From positions 1 through 56,383 of the IMG/VR virus record IMGVR_UViG_3300031841_002004: 56,383 nucleotides of DNA. One strand, written 5' to 3'. The stretch is from a virus. Taxonomy: Duplodnaviria; Caudoviricetes. Positions 10,626 to 19,543 of the stretch are shown here, one piece after another. The position numbers were made by a program, and so were the translations under genes. How positions within the stretch are numbered: position 1 is the first letter of the stretch; every line of letters starts with the position of its first letter. Under the pieces are notes generated by a model. It did no database searches. It worked only from the letters and a program-made list of their open reading frames with translations, and was not told where the DNA came from.

Positions 10626-13201
10626 TCAGCGCCTTCTATTGAAACAGAATGGATTGTTGGTGAGTTGTTTGCTGCCGACTGCGTTCCACTAAACGCTACT
10701 GCAATATGCTTATCGCCACCCGATGACTTCTCGTCTACCCTGCCTGAGTATTTCGCACGAGCTGTTCCTGTTGCATCACCTAGAGCGGAGCGAGCCTTCT
10801 TCATGTTTAAGACTGCACCTTCAGTGGATGCTTCAAACCCTGTACCAGGTCGAGTCTGAATAGCGTTTGGCCTGCTTGTGGCAGAGTTGTTGTAGTGCAG
10901 CTTTACATTCAAATTTGAGTCAGCATCTGTCGGAGTGTAGGTAACACTAATAGCCCTACTGCCGTCGTCCGCATTGCTCAACGGCAGATTGCCCGTCTTT
11001 ACGGAGTACGATACATCGGTTCCATTGTCTGTGTAACCTGAAGGTTCATTTAGTCGGCCTGCTTGTCCACCGTAGATATTCGACAGTTTTCCGCCATCCA
11101 TCGTGTTTGTGCCGGATGCTACGACTTCCGAATATTCTTCCTTCCACCAAGCTTTAGTAGCAATGCAGTAACACAACGCCCTCTGCGGATGAGTGTCGGT
11201 TGAATTGCAATAGAAAAACCTAAGTGTTCTTGTGGACGTATCTGTCTTTACGAAGAACTTTTCGGACTTTGTGAAGTCGATTTCCGAGCCTCGCCACAAG
11301 TCGTCAATTGGAACAGACACAGGCTCTTCGCTGCTGCCGTCGAAACCGTATATCCCGGCAGAGTCAGCAATATACGCAACACCATTTAGGATTCCGTAGC
11401 ACCGACTATTAAGCATTCCCCTGTAGCAACCGAGCTGTATTGCTGCATCAATAACTGGTTGAGCAACATAAGTAATTGTGTACAAATGCCGTTGCTGTGC
11501 AGCCACCAGAACTGTTCCTAGTGGTATGAGTCCAATGATTTTATCAGAGTCTGTTATCGACTCTTGCAGCACTAGCCTGTTTGCACCTGGAACCGACTCT
11601 GGCTCATCGACCTCAGAGTACACGAGTGTGTTTGGTTTCTCTCCTGTGGTATCAACAGCCATCCACATTCTATCTTGAAACATTACTGCCACAGAAAAGT
11701 TGCCTGGAGGAATGGCAAACCTGCGAGCGTTAATCTGGCCTGATGGCATATTGATTGGCATCGCACCAAACCCAAGACGCTTCGGGTCTTTCAGACTACC
11801 ATCGTCAATAGTGTCAACGTATGTTCCGTTAAAGGCTGGATCAGTCCGAGCAATCTCAGCAACCTTAAAAAGAACTATTGTTTGGTCGCGAGTTGTTCTC
11901 CAAAGTTGCATACCCGCAACACGGTCATCTAGGTAAGGATGAGAAAAAGACCAAGTAAGTTCACCAGCACCGGGGCCACAATTGACTTCTGCAACCTCAC
12001 TAATTGAACTACATATTGGCCCTCGCTCACTAACGTCCGTGTCATCGATATAGCGAATGTAGCATCGGTACTTCCCAACAAGCGTCCTGCTGAGAACAGC
12101 AGAGGCTGTGGCGGTGGTTCCAAGAATCTCTGCCGTTGGAGGTAAAGAATATTCCCCGTCAGAGTTTAAGCTTATTGTTTGAATAGCTCCATTGCCATCT
12201 GTTGTTGCTGTGGCAATTGCGGCAGTTGTTGTGGTGTCTTCTGGATGTTTGTTGAAAACAACTTGAGGCGTAAAGAAATACCCACTTCCACCATTAACTG
12301 CTGTAACCGAAGTAACTTTATACAATGATTCGACTGCTACAGTTGCATTGCTTCCGCCTCCACCAGTAAGCGTTGCAGTAATCAATCCAGTAGCGCCTGA
12401 GCCAGGAGTATCAAGTGTAATTGATGTGACCTTGCCATCCGCTACCGTAGCAGTGGCCGTCGCGTCAGCTATTCCAGAAAAAGTAACGGTGGGTGCGGTT
12501 GTGTAACCAGAGCCTTGATTTGTAACGAGGACACTTGATACCTTCCCGTCTACACCTACACCTAGAGTTGCGCCACCCCCCTGACCGCCTGTCAATGTTA
12601 TTGTTGGGTTCGATGTAAACCCTCGCCCTCTATTCTTTATATCAATACGACGAACTTCACCATCGCCAATACGCGATTCCAGTTCAGCGTTTTCTGTTGG
12701 GTTCCCGCCACTTACGGTGACTACTGGCCTGTCAACATATCCAGTTCCAGGGTTTTCTATATTTACAGCAACAAGTCGTTGAGAGTTAGAAGTTCCGCTA
12801 ACTACTACAGTTGGCTTAACTACAGGTTTCTGTAGACCAATAGGCTCCATTGTATCAGTGTCGCCATCCCATCGAACTCCTCGGCCCATCCCGTCCACTC
12901 CGTACACATCGTTAAAACGAGAGCGAACAAAGGTCATTGGACGCAATGGGGATGTGTGCGCATATGCAATAGCTCTCGCTTCGCCTGACGAGAAGGTGAT
13001 GATAGGGTCAGATGTATAACCAGTTCCAGCGTTTGTGATCACTATTCTTTCAACATGAGTACCTGCCATGCAGACAACACCGGCAGCACCAGTACCGCCA
13101 CCACCTGTGAATGTGACAGTGGGCGTAGAAGAATACGAATCGCCACCCGTCACCATGCGGATAGCATTTATTGAACCAGTTCTTCGAGATGATATAGGCA
13201 T
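10622..13201 (-). CDS. Tail nozzle / tail tubular protein B-like, with inserted G-S/T-G-Y repeat domains
   Basis: C-terminal beta-propeller-like region (FQDRMW, LVYSE..PESVP, KAWW) plus repeated GSGYT-P-VT units; follows the adaptor gene. Confidence 0.65.
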   Translation of the reverse strand: MPISSRRTGSINAIRMVTGGDSYSSTPTVTFTGGGGTGAAGVVCMAGTHVERIVITNAGTGYTSDPIITFSSGEARAIAYAHTSPLRPMTFVRSRFNDVYGVDGMGRGVRWDGDTDTMEPIGLQKPVVKPTVVVSGTSNSQRLVAVNIENPGTGYVDRPVVTVSGGNPTENAELESRIGDGEVRRIDIKNRGRGFTSNPTITLTGGQGGGATLGVGVDGKVSSVLVTNQGSGYTTAPTVTFSGIADATATATVADGKVTSITLDTPGSGATGLITATLTGGGGSNATVAVESLYKVTSVTAVNGGSGYFFTPQVVFNKHPEDTTTTAAIATATTDGNGAIQTISLNSDGEYSLPPTAEILGTTATASAVLSRTLVGKYRCYIRYIDDTDVSERGPICSSISEVAEVNCGPGAGELTWSFSHPYLDDRVAGMQLWRTTRDQTIVLFKVAEIARTDPAFNGTYVDTIDDGSLKDPKRLGFGAMPINMPSGQINARRFAIPPGNFSVAVMFQDRMWMAVDTTGEKPNTLVYSEVDEPESVPGANRLVLQESITDSDKIIGLIPLGTVLVAAQQRHLYTITYVAQPVIDAAIQLGCYRGMLNSRCYGILNGVAYIADSAGIYGFDGSSEEPVSVPIDDLWRGSEIDFTKSEKFFVKTDTSTRTLRFFYCNSTDTHPQRALCYCIATKAWWKEEYSEVVASGTNTMDGGKLSNIYGGQAGRLNEPSGYTDNGTDVSYSVKTGNLPLSNADDGSRAISVTYTPTDADSNLNVKLHYNNSATSRPNAIQTRPGTGFEASTEGAVLNMKKARSALGDATGTARAKYSGRVDEKSSGGDKHIAVAFSGTQSAANNSPTIHSVSIEGAE

Positions 13202-13533
13202 TAGATTACAAATCTATTAAGGTTTTCATCGCAGAGGTTGTCACCGTTTTCTGTAACTAGCATTGTGTTAACTTCGAGAGTGCAATAAATGTTTCCATCA
13301 GCATCTTGGTACAACAAATTTTCATTTATGCCGTCCTGAAAACGAAACATTTTGATGATTGTGGCGGACGAAGTGTCGCTACTTTCAAACGTCTTTGCTG
13401 TAAGGCCATTGCGAGTAATGAGTTGGCCGGGATTAATGCAAATCAAGTTGACCTGTTCAGTGGCAGCTCCAGGTGGCAATGCGTAAGGCGATGCGTTTGT
13501 GACAAGACCAGGCCATTTGTCTATTACAAGCAT
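13201..13533 (-). CDS. Small tail protein resembling a detached nozzle N-terminus
   Basis: GL.TN.SP..LP......N....G.L..R.G pattern typical of nozzle N-termini; C-terminal LVTENGDNL motif; TAATG overlap with the next gene. Confidence 0.55.
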   Translation of the reverse strand: MLVIDKWPGLVTNASPYALPPGAATEQVNLICINPGQLITRNGLTAKTFESSDTSSATIIKMFRFQDGINENLLYQDADGNIYCTLEVNTMLVTENGDNLCDENLNRFVI

Positions 13534-13536
13534 GGA

Positions 13537-14673
13537 TTACCCCTCGACAAAATTGTCTTCTTTAAGTGGTGACCGCCAACCATAGGTGTCCCAGACAACT
13601 CGGGTAGCACCCGACATTGGTGCAAGCTGGTCTGACTCCAAAGCAAGACGCAAGTCTCTCTGGTACATAGCAAACGCACCTTCTGCATCTTGGTTTCTTG
13701 TGCGAGAAAGCCAGTACTCTGCTGCGGACAAAATGCAATTAGTCATATGAGGAGGTGCATCAACTGGGTCAGTCACTAAGTACTTCACACCTGAGTAAGT
13801 GCTTAAACTGTCTACTGTCGCAATCGATGTTGCGGACGAGTACGAAGCAATCTCTGACTCCGCCTCAAACGGAGTGATTGAGCCTAGCGTGTCTGGGAGG
13901 TCTGCTGCTGTTCCAATCCGCAGAATAGACCCAACCATATTAGAACTAAACGCAGTCGTGCTACCTGTGACTGCCGTACCACTTGTTGAGATTGTTCCAG
14001 CCCGTGAGTTTGTTTCATGTCCTGAGATTCTTAACTGCCTAGGCGTTCTTCGATAGGTGAAGTCAAGAGTTTCTGCCACAGTAGGGTAGCCTAGAATTTT
14101 TAATACAAACCCCGTGAGACTGTCTGGGTCTTTAACAATAGTCCAGTAGTGAGGACTTCCTTCAACTACCTGTGACCGCTCCATCTTCATGGCCTGATCA
14201 GGAGTGACGTAACAGAAGCTCGTCCATGTGTTCTCGTCAATTGGAGAATCTACATTCCTAAAGTCAGACGGCAAAGGATATTCGGAGCGGTACAGGGTTG
14301 CTGTTTCAGCGGATGAGATGTTGTTAGCAAACGTGATTGTTGGGTCTAACACTAATGCAGAGTCACTTGAGCGAGTCTTGATATTTGCTACCACGTTTCC
14401 AATGCGAACCTTGTAGTACTTCGCATTAGCAGGAAAGGCATCGCCGGTTTGTTTTGTTAAAGTCTCAGTAGACTTATCAAACGTCACTGTGCCTGTCCAA
14501 GTCGGCTCAAGGTTTACTCTTCCGTGCGTAACATAGAACTCCCAATCACGAAGGTAAGCAACTTCGTTATAAGCTCGCTGCACAGCAGAGCGAATGTCCT
14601 TTTGCTCTGCATCCTGTGATCCGCCAAAACTTGACGTAATTAAATGTTCAATTGCATCGTAGTATGTAAGCAT
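13537..14673 (-). CDS. Head-tail adaptor (tail tubular protein A-like)
   Basis: AVQRAYNEV..LRDWEF N-terminus, EYPLPSDF motif and helical C-terminus; lies upstream of the nozzle gene. Confidence 0.65.
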   Translation of the reverse strand: MLTYYDAIEHLITSSFGGSQDAEQKDIRSAVQRAYNEVAYLRDWEFYVTHGRVNLEPTWTGTVTFDKSTETLTKQTGDAFPANAKYYKVRIGNVVANIKTRSSDSALVLDPTITFANNISSAETATLYRSEYPLPSDFRNVDSPIDENTWTSFCYVTPDQAMKMERSQVVEGSPHYWTIVKDPDSLTGFVLKILGYPTVAETLDFTYRRTPRQLRISGHETNSRAGTISTSGTAVTGSTTAFSSNMVGSILRIGTAADLPDTLGSITPFEAESEIASYSSATSIATVDSLSTYSGVKYLVTDPVDAPPHMTNCILSAAEYWLSRTRNQDAEGAFAMYQRDLRLALESDQLAPMSGATRVVWDTYGWRSPLKEDNFVEG

Positions 14674-14676
14674 GCT

Positions 14677-15249
14677 TTACTCTTGTATGGATTCCCAAAG
14701 TGCTACATCGTCTGCGTAAAAATCCCTAACCAAATCTTTTTGTTTGGGAGTTAGCACTGGCTTTTCGTGCCTTGTTGTATTAATGGTCTTTAAAGGGACT
14801 TTAAGTCCCAGAAAATCAGCACACTCTTGCAGTTGATTCATGCGGAAATACGTTATGTCTCCTGAAAACCTAGACTGTTTTTTAAAGTGAATGTTCGCTG
14901 CTATCGTGCCTCTTATGCCTTCTAACTCACTTGTCTCATTAACTAGGTCATTAAGTACAGGTTCAATACCAAACCTGTTTGTTAGGTTCATGAAACCGGC
15001 TGCACTACAAAACCTGTCTACTGGCTCTCTTACTATTTGGGCAACTTGATGTTTGTATGGAGTAGCCCGTGTTGGCACATGACGGTGATGCTGTTGGTCT
15101 TCGGCTCTTCTTCCATTAGCCCATTGCGTTTTATTTTCCAGAATGTAGAGAGTCTCTGGGTAATACTGCCTAATAATAGCCCAGCAAAAAGTTGACGTTG
15201 CACACTTCGCGTTAAAGGCAAGCAGCTTGTCTCCGCAAATAAAATACAT
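14677..15249 (-). CDS. Sulfotransferase family protein (Sulfotransfer_2-like)
   Basis: 5'-PSB-like KCATST, 3'-PB-like VREPVDRFCSA, HFKKQ and C-terminal YADD motifs. Confidence 0.75.
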   Translation of the reverse strand: MYFICGDKLLAFNAKCATSTFCWAIIRQYYPETLYILENKTQWANGRRAEDQQHHRHVPTRATPYKHQVAQIVREPVDRFCSAAGFMNLTNRFGIEPVLNDLVNETSELEGIRGTIAANIHFKKQSRFSGDITYFRMNQLQECADFLGLKVPLKTINTTRHEKPVLTPKQKDLVRDFYADDVALWESIQE

Positions 15250-15251
15250 TT

Positions 15252-18113
15252 CTAAGACCCGTAAATCGTGTAGTTCGATGCAAGGCTAGTGTTATCTGAT
15301 CCAGTGCCTGGATTTTGTCCGACGTATATGTCACCTCCTCCAGTGCCAGAAGAGAGGTCTGTATACAATTGATTCAATGCGGTTGCATCAAGGTCTTGGT
15401 TGTATAAGTCAAGACCACCACCGTACACATAAACTTGAGGTGTCCATGTTGGGCTGTAGTACGCTCCGCCACCTGTGCTGAAATCAACATTTACTGCACG
15501 TATCTCAGTGATAGAGCTTGCCATTGAACGAGAGCCAATTGGAGCGCCCATGCCTTTACTGCCGGACAAGGTAGCCCCAGAAGCACCGAGGTTGCATGTC
15601 GTGAGACTAGTGAGTCCTGATATGTCCACTGCATCGACGTTATTGGTAGAGTCTGTACCAATATCAATTCCAATTATATTTCCTGTTATTGTGCCTCCTG
15701 AATTGCATGGAGAAACAGTGACAGTTTTTGCAGCCGAAGAAGACAAACCAGACATCTCAACATATGTGTTGCCGCCTGATAGGTAATATGTTGGATACAT
15801 GGTTGTGTGATCATTTCCTATAACATCTGTTTTGCCAGGAGATGAAACCTTGAAGTATCCACTGGATGTATTCGCAGATACTCTAAACGTGGTTTGCGAT
15901 GCAGGGAGGTAGAACCTTGCAATCTTGTCGTTATTAACATCAATCTTCCCAGTTCCAGAACTTGTGCCGTGCGCGGCTGTTGGCACAGAGAATGAAGTGC
16001 CGTCTGGATAGCGAGCAGTGTCAGTTACACGAAGGTCGTCTAGGCCAAAGTTGTAGAGACCTGAGCTGCTTCGTCCTATCACCACGCTGCTGGGCGCGGA
16101 AAGTGTTCCAGTGCTAGAGGCGACTTGAGTGCCACCCTTGTATAATCGCATTGTGCCGTTTTGGTAGACTATGGCATAATGTTCCCAAGTGTTTAATGCG
16201 GCAGTACCAAAACTTCCTATTGCAGACCCATCGTCATCGTCGTATAGAATGAAATTGTTTGAAGTGGTATGCCGGAAAATAAAATCTCCAAACTTCATTG
16301 CTTGGCGTTGCGTAGTAAAACTGTAATCAGTAATTCGCTTAAACCAAAATTCTACAGTCCAGTTAGTGGAATTAAATGTGCCTGTAGAGTAGGTCACTGT
16401 GCCTTGGAAGTATCTGAAACCGTTTGAGAACTTGCCGTCAGTAGACACAGCACTTGATGGTGAGCCTGAAGTGCCTGACTCTGTTCCAGAGACCTGCTGC
16501 CCATCAGCATGCGTGACGCTGTTGGCAGAAGTCTCAAAAGGAACAAGTAGCCTTACTGCGCCCCATAAGGAGTCAGGGTTGCTAACCACAGCCGCAGCAG
16601 GTGTGGCTGTCGCTGTACTGCTGTATGTGCCATCTCCCTCTGCGTTAATCGCGGCCACTTGAAAACTATATTGTGTGCCATTGGTCAGGCTTGTCTTTGT
16701 GTACGTGGCACTGGTTGAACCTGTGCTAATGTAGGCTGCATTACCGGGGAACCCAGACGTTGCACCCCACTTGACCTTGTAGCCTGTGATAGCTGACCCA
16801 CCTGTATTGGTTGGTGCAGTCCAAGTCAGAACAGACTGCGTGTCGCCGTTTGTTGCAGCGAGGCTAGTCGGTGCAGCAGGAGTTGTTGCAGGAGTAGCAT
16901 TCACCGAGGATGTCTGCGAGCCAGTGCCTACTGCATTGACGGCTGCAACTTTGAAGTAATACTGTGTTCCGTTAGTCAAGCTTGTAACGGTATGCGACGT
17001 ACCGGATGGCGTTGCAACTTCACTGAAGCTAGCGTCATCTGTTGACTGATAAACCTTATAACCAGTCACTGCGGTTCCACCATTACTTGCAGGGGCTGAC
17101 CACGACAGTGCCACCTGAGCATTGCCATGCGTTGCTGACAAGCTTTGCGGAACTCCAGGGTTTGTTGCAGGAACTGCGCTTACGGATGACGTTTGAGTTC
17201 CTGTACCAACAGCATTAACCGCCGCAACCTTAAAGTAGTAAGTTGTCCCGTTTGTCAGGCCTGTCACGGTATGCGATGTACCTGACGGGGTCGCAACCTC
17301 AGAGAAGCTCGCATCGTCTGTACTCTGGTAAACCTTATACCCCGTAACTGCTGTGCCACCATTGCTGGACGGCGCAGACCAACTGAGGGCTACTTGTGTA
17401 TTTCCTCTCGTTCCAGAGAGGCTTTGCGGTACACCTGGAGTTGTGGCTGGAACAGCATTTACTGAAGATGTTTGTGTACCAGTACCCACTGAATTAACGG
17501 CTGCAACTTTGAAATAATAAGTCGTGCCGTTAGTCAGTCCCGTGATGGTGTGCGATGTGCCAGATGGCGTTGCTACTTCGCTGAAGCTTGCATCATCTGT
17601 ACTCTGATAAACCTTGTACCCCGTGATAGTTGCTCCACCATCACTAGATGGAGCCGACCAAGATAAAGCAACCTGCGTGTTTCCTCTGGTAGCAGATAAA
17701 CTTTGAGGAACGCTTGGGGCGGTAGCGGATGCTGATGGCGATGCGGACACAGATGAAGTCTGCGTTCCCGTACCTACAGAGTTTACTGCCGCAACTTTGA
17801 AGTAATATGTTGTTCCGTTTGTTAAACCAGTGATTGTTTGTGATGTTCCTGATGGAGTAGCAACCTCAGAGAAACTTGCATCGTCCGTGCTTTGATATAC
17901 CTTGTATCCAGTAACTGTTGCACCGCCATCGCTCGCGGGGGCTGACCAGCTAAGGGCTACCTGAGTATCACCAGCACTTGCACTTAAAGACTGCGGAGCG
18001 GAGGGAGTGGTTGTTGCTGAGTATACCTCTGTTGTGCCAATACACAGCTTTGCAACGTCTGTCGTACCCAACTTGAAATCTGCTGGGTCTGTCGTACCAA
18101 GTTTAATACTCAA
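15252..18113 (-). CDS. Virion adhesin / tail fibre accessory protein with five fibronectin type III domains and a LamG/ConA-like domain
   Basis: Five P..LSA..G..QVALSW..P...GG..TGYKV...L.NGT.Y.F.VAA.N..G.G repeats, followed by WTVEFW...WEHYAIV...DDLRVT. Confidence 0.85.
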   Translation of the reverse strand: MSIKLGTTDPADFKLGTTDVAKLCIGTTEVYSATTTPSAPQSLSASAGDTQVALSWSAPASDGGATVTGYKVYQSTDDASFSEVATPSGTSQTITGLTNGTTYYFKVAAVNSVGTGTQTSSVSASPSASATAPSVPQSLSATRGNTQVALSWSAPSSDGGATITGYKVYQSTDDASFSEVATPSGTSHTITGLTNGTTYYFKVAAVNSVGTGTQTSSVNAVPATTPGVPQSLSGTRGNTQVALSWSAPSSNGGTAVTGYKVYQSTDDASFSEVATPSGTSHTVTGLTNGTTYYFKVAAVNAVGTGTQTSSVSAVPATNPGVPQSLSATHGNAQVALSWSAPASNGGTAVTGYKVYQSTDDASFSEVATPSGTSHTVTSLTNGTQYYFKVAAVNAVGTGSQTSSVNATPATTPAAPTSLAATNGDTQSVLTWTAPTNTGGSAITGYKVKWGATSGFPGNAAYISTGSTSATYTKTSLTNGTQYSFQVAAINAEGDGTYSSTATATPAAAVVSNPDSLWGAVRLLVPFETSANSVTHADGQQVSGTESGTSGSPSSAVSTDGKFSNGFRYFQGTVTYSTGTFNSTNWTVEFWFKRITDYSFTTQRQAMKFGDFIFRHTTSNNFILYDDDDGSAIGSFGTAALNTWEHYAIVYQNGTMRLYKGGTQVASSTGTLSAPSSVVIGRSSSGLYNFGLDDLRVTDTARYPDGTSFSVPTAAHGTSSGTGKIDVNNDKIARFYLPASQTTFRVSANTSSGYFKVSSPGKTDVIGNDHTTMYPTYYLSGGNTYVEMSGLSSSAAKTVTVSPCNSGGTITGNIIGIDIGTDSTNNVDAVDISGLTSLTTCNLGASGATLSGSKGMGAPIGSRSMASSITEIRAVNVDFSTGGGAYYSPTWTPQVYVYGGGLDLYNQDLDATALNQLYTDLSSGTGGGDIYVGQNPGTGSDNTSLASNYTIYGS

Positions 18114-19000
18114 GTGATCACATATAAGGTTGTAGCATTAGTTGTTCCAGCGCTAACCAAGCTGTTGTAATTTGCTTGGGAAATTGAAACCACATTGTCG
18201 ATTTCAGCACTATTGGCTTCCGTAGACGTATCGCTTACCACTGCCGTTGATGGAAGTTTGGCTTGCGTAATCGTAGGTATACGAGCAATGTCAAATGTGC
18301 CGCTTGTTACCTTGGCAGCATCGTGGTCAGTCGGAGTTCTTGCGTCAGACAGTCGCGAGTCATTTCCAACACAAACAGTGCTAGAACTTGTGCCTGTTGG
18401 AATACGTGCAATATCAAACGTACCTGAAGTAACCAAAGATGCAGCGTGTGCAACGGGTGTCCTAGCGTCTGATAACCGAGCATCGTCGCCAATGCATACA
18501 TCACTTGATGTCGTGCCAGTAGGTATACGAGCAATGTCAAATGTGCCTGAAGTAACCAAAGATGCAGCATGAGCAACAGGTGTCCTAGCATCCGAAAGAC
18601 GGGCATCGTTACCAATACATACATCACTGGATGTTGTGCCAGTAGGCAGTCTTGCGATATCAAAAGTACCGCTTGTTATAAGAGATGCAGCTAGCGTGTT
18701 AGTCCACGACAAAGCACTATCTGACCCATCTCCATTGGTCGTCAACAGCTTTCCGCTATTGCTAGTTTCGCTAGGCCAATGTCCTGTGGGAACCCTATCA
18801 TAAAAGGTTGCGTCATCAGCGATTGCAGCAGCTAATTCGTTAAGTGTGTCAAGAGCGCCTGGTGCAGCGTCTACGAGCAAGTCGAGAATGGCAGATAGTG
18901 TTAGCTTAGATGTAGTTGTGCCGCTTGAATCCATCGCCGGAACAATATCTGTTAACGCTGCTGTTCCTGCTGGCAAATCAGAAATCTTTACATTAGCCAT
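18110..19000 (-). CDS. Tail fibre protein with 41-aa tandem repeats
   Basis: KISDLP start, APGALDTLNELAAAI motif, about 3.5 copies of ASLVTSGTFDIARIPTGTTSSDVCIGNDARLSDARTP and C-terminal SQANY..L.....TTLYVI. Confidence 0.8.
   Translation of the reverse strand: MANVKISDLPAGTAALTDIVPAMDSSGTTTSKLTLSAILDLLVDAAPGALDTLNELAAAIADDATFYDRVPTGHWPSETSNSGKLLTTNGDGSDSALSWTNTLAASLITSGTFDIARLPTGTTSSDVCIGNDARLSDARTPVAHAASLVTSGTFDIARIPTGTTSSDVCIGDDARLSDARTPVAHAASLVTSGTFDIARIPTGTSSSTVCVGNDSRLSDARTPTDHDAAKVTSGTFDIARIPTITQAKLPSTAVVSDTSTEANSAEIDNVVSISQANYNSLVSAGTTNATTLYVIT
18283..18693. repeat. 123-bp tandem repeat inside the tail fibre gene (about 3.5 copies)
   Basis: cctgaagtaaccaaagatgcagc occurs at 18423 and 18546, giving a 123-bp period. 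Confidence 0.8.
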
Positions 19001-19009
19001 CTACAACTC

Positions 19010-19543
19010 CTACTTTAATTTTCGTTTTAGCGAGTGCTTGTTTATTACTCTCTCCCGAAGCTCCTCTTTACTAGCTTTGGGAAACTTCTTTTTCATGTGC
19101 CTTGTTTCTTCTTTAATTATCTTTTCACTCAGCACTTTTCGTTTTGGTGGAACAGCTCGACCTTCATGATTAACCGACCCGGATACGGATAGGTTCCTCT
19201 TTCTCGCGACTGTAGTAATGTCGTCGTTGTTGCTCACCCACGCCTCGGGGTCTTTCCATCCCCTCTTGTCGGCTAGTCCTGCTACATAATGCTTGCCGTT
19301 GATGTTGATCCCCGCAGCCTTGGCATCCTTCACCATGTATCTCGCCATGATTGGTGGAAGCTCGTCGAGTTGCTGGTTGTTCATCCGGCCTTCCATAAAG
19401 GCCCTGTCTGTCCCTTTTGTCCCTGGGGCGATTTGGACGGCGCACATAGTTGCGAATTTTTCAGTGCCTCCATTAGCGATAGACTCTTTAAATACTCTGA
19501 TAGCTGCTGGGCCAGCTCGTTCTACTTCGTATGGAATGTTCAT
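19010..19543 (-). CDS. Hypothetical protein downstream of portal
   Basis: ORF overlapping the portal stop; basic C-terminus. Confidence 0.65.
   Translation of the reverse strand: MNIPYEVERAGPAAIRVFKESIANGGTEKFATMCAVQIAPGTKGTDRAFMEGRMNNQQLDELPPIMARYMVKDAKAAGININGKHYVAGLADKRGWKDPEAWVSNNDDITTVARKRNLSVSGSVNHEGRAVPPKRKVLSEKIIKEETRHMKKKFPKASKEELRERVINKHSLKRKLK

Noticed and set aside
15252-19000. Repeats in fibre and adhesin genes considered as DGR template/variable repeats
   Set aside because: Differences are synonymous rather than adenine-specific, and no reverse transcriptase is present.
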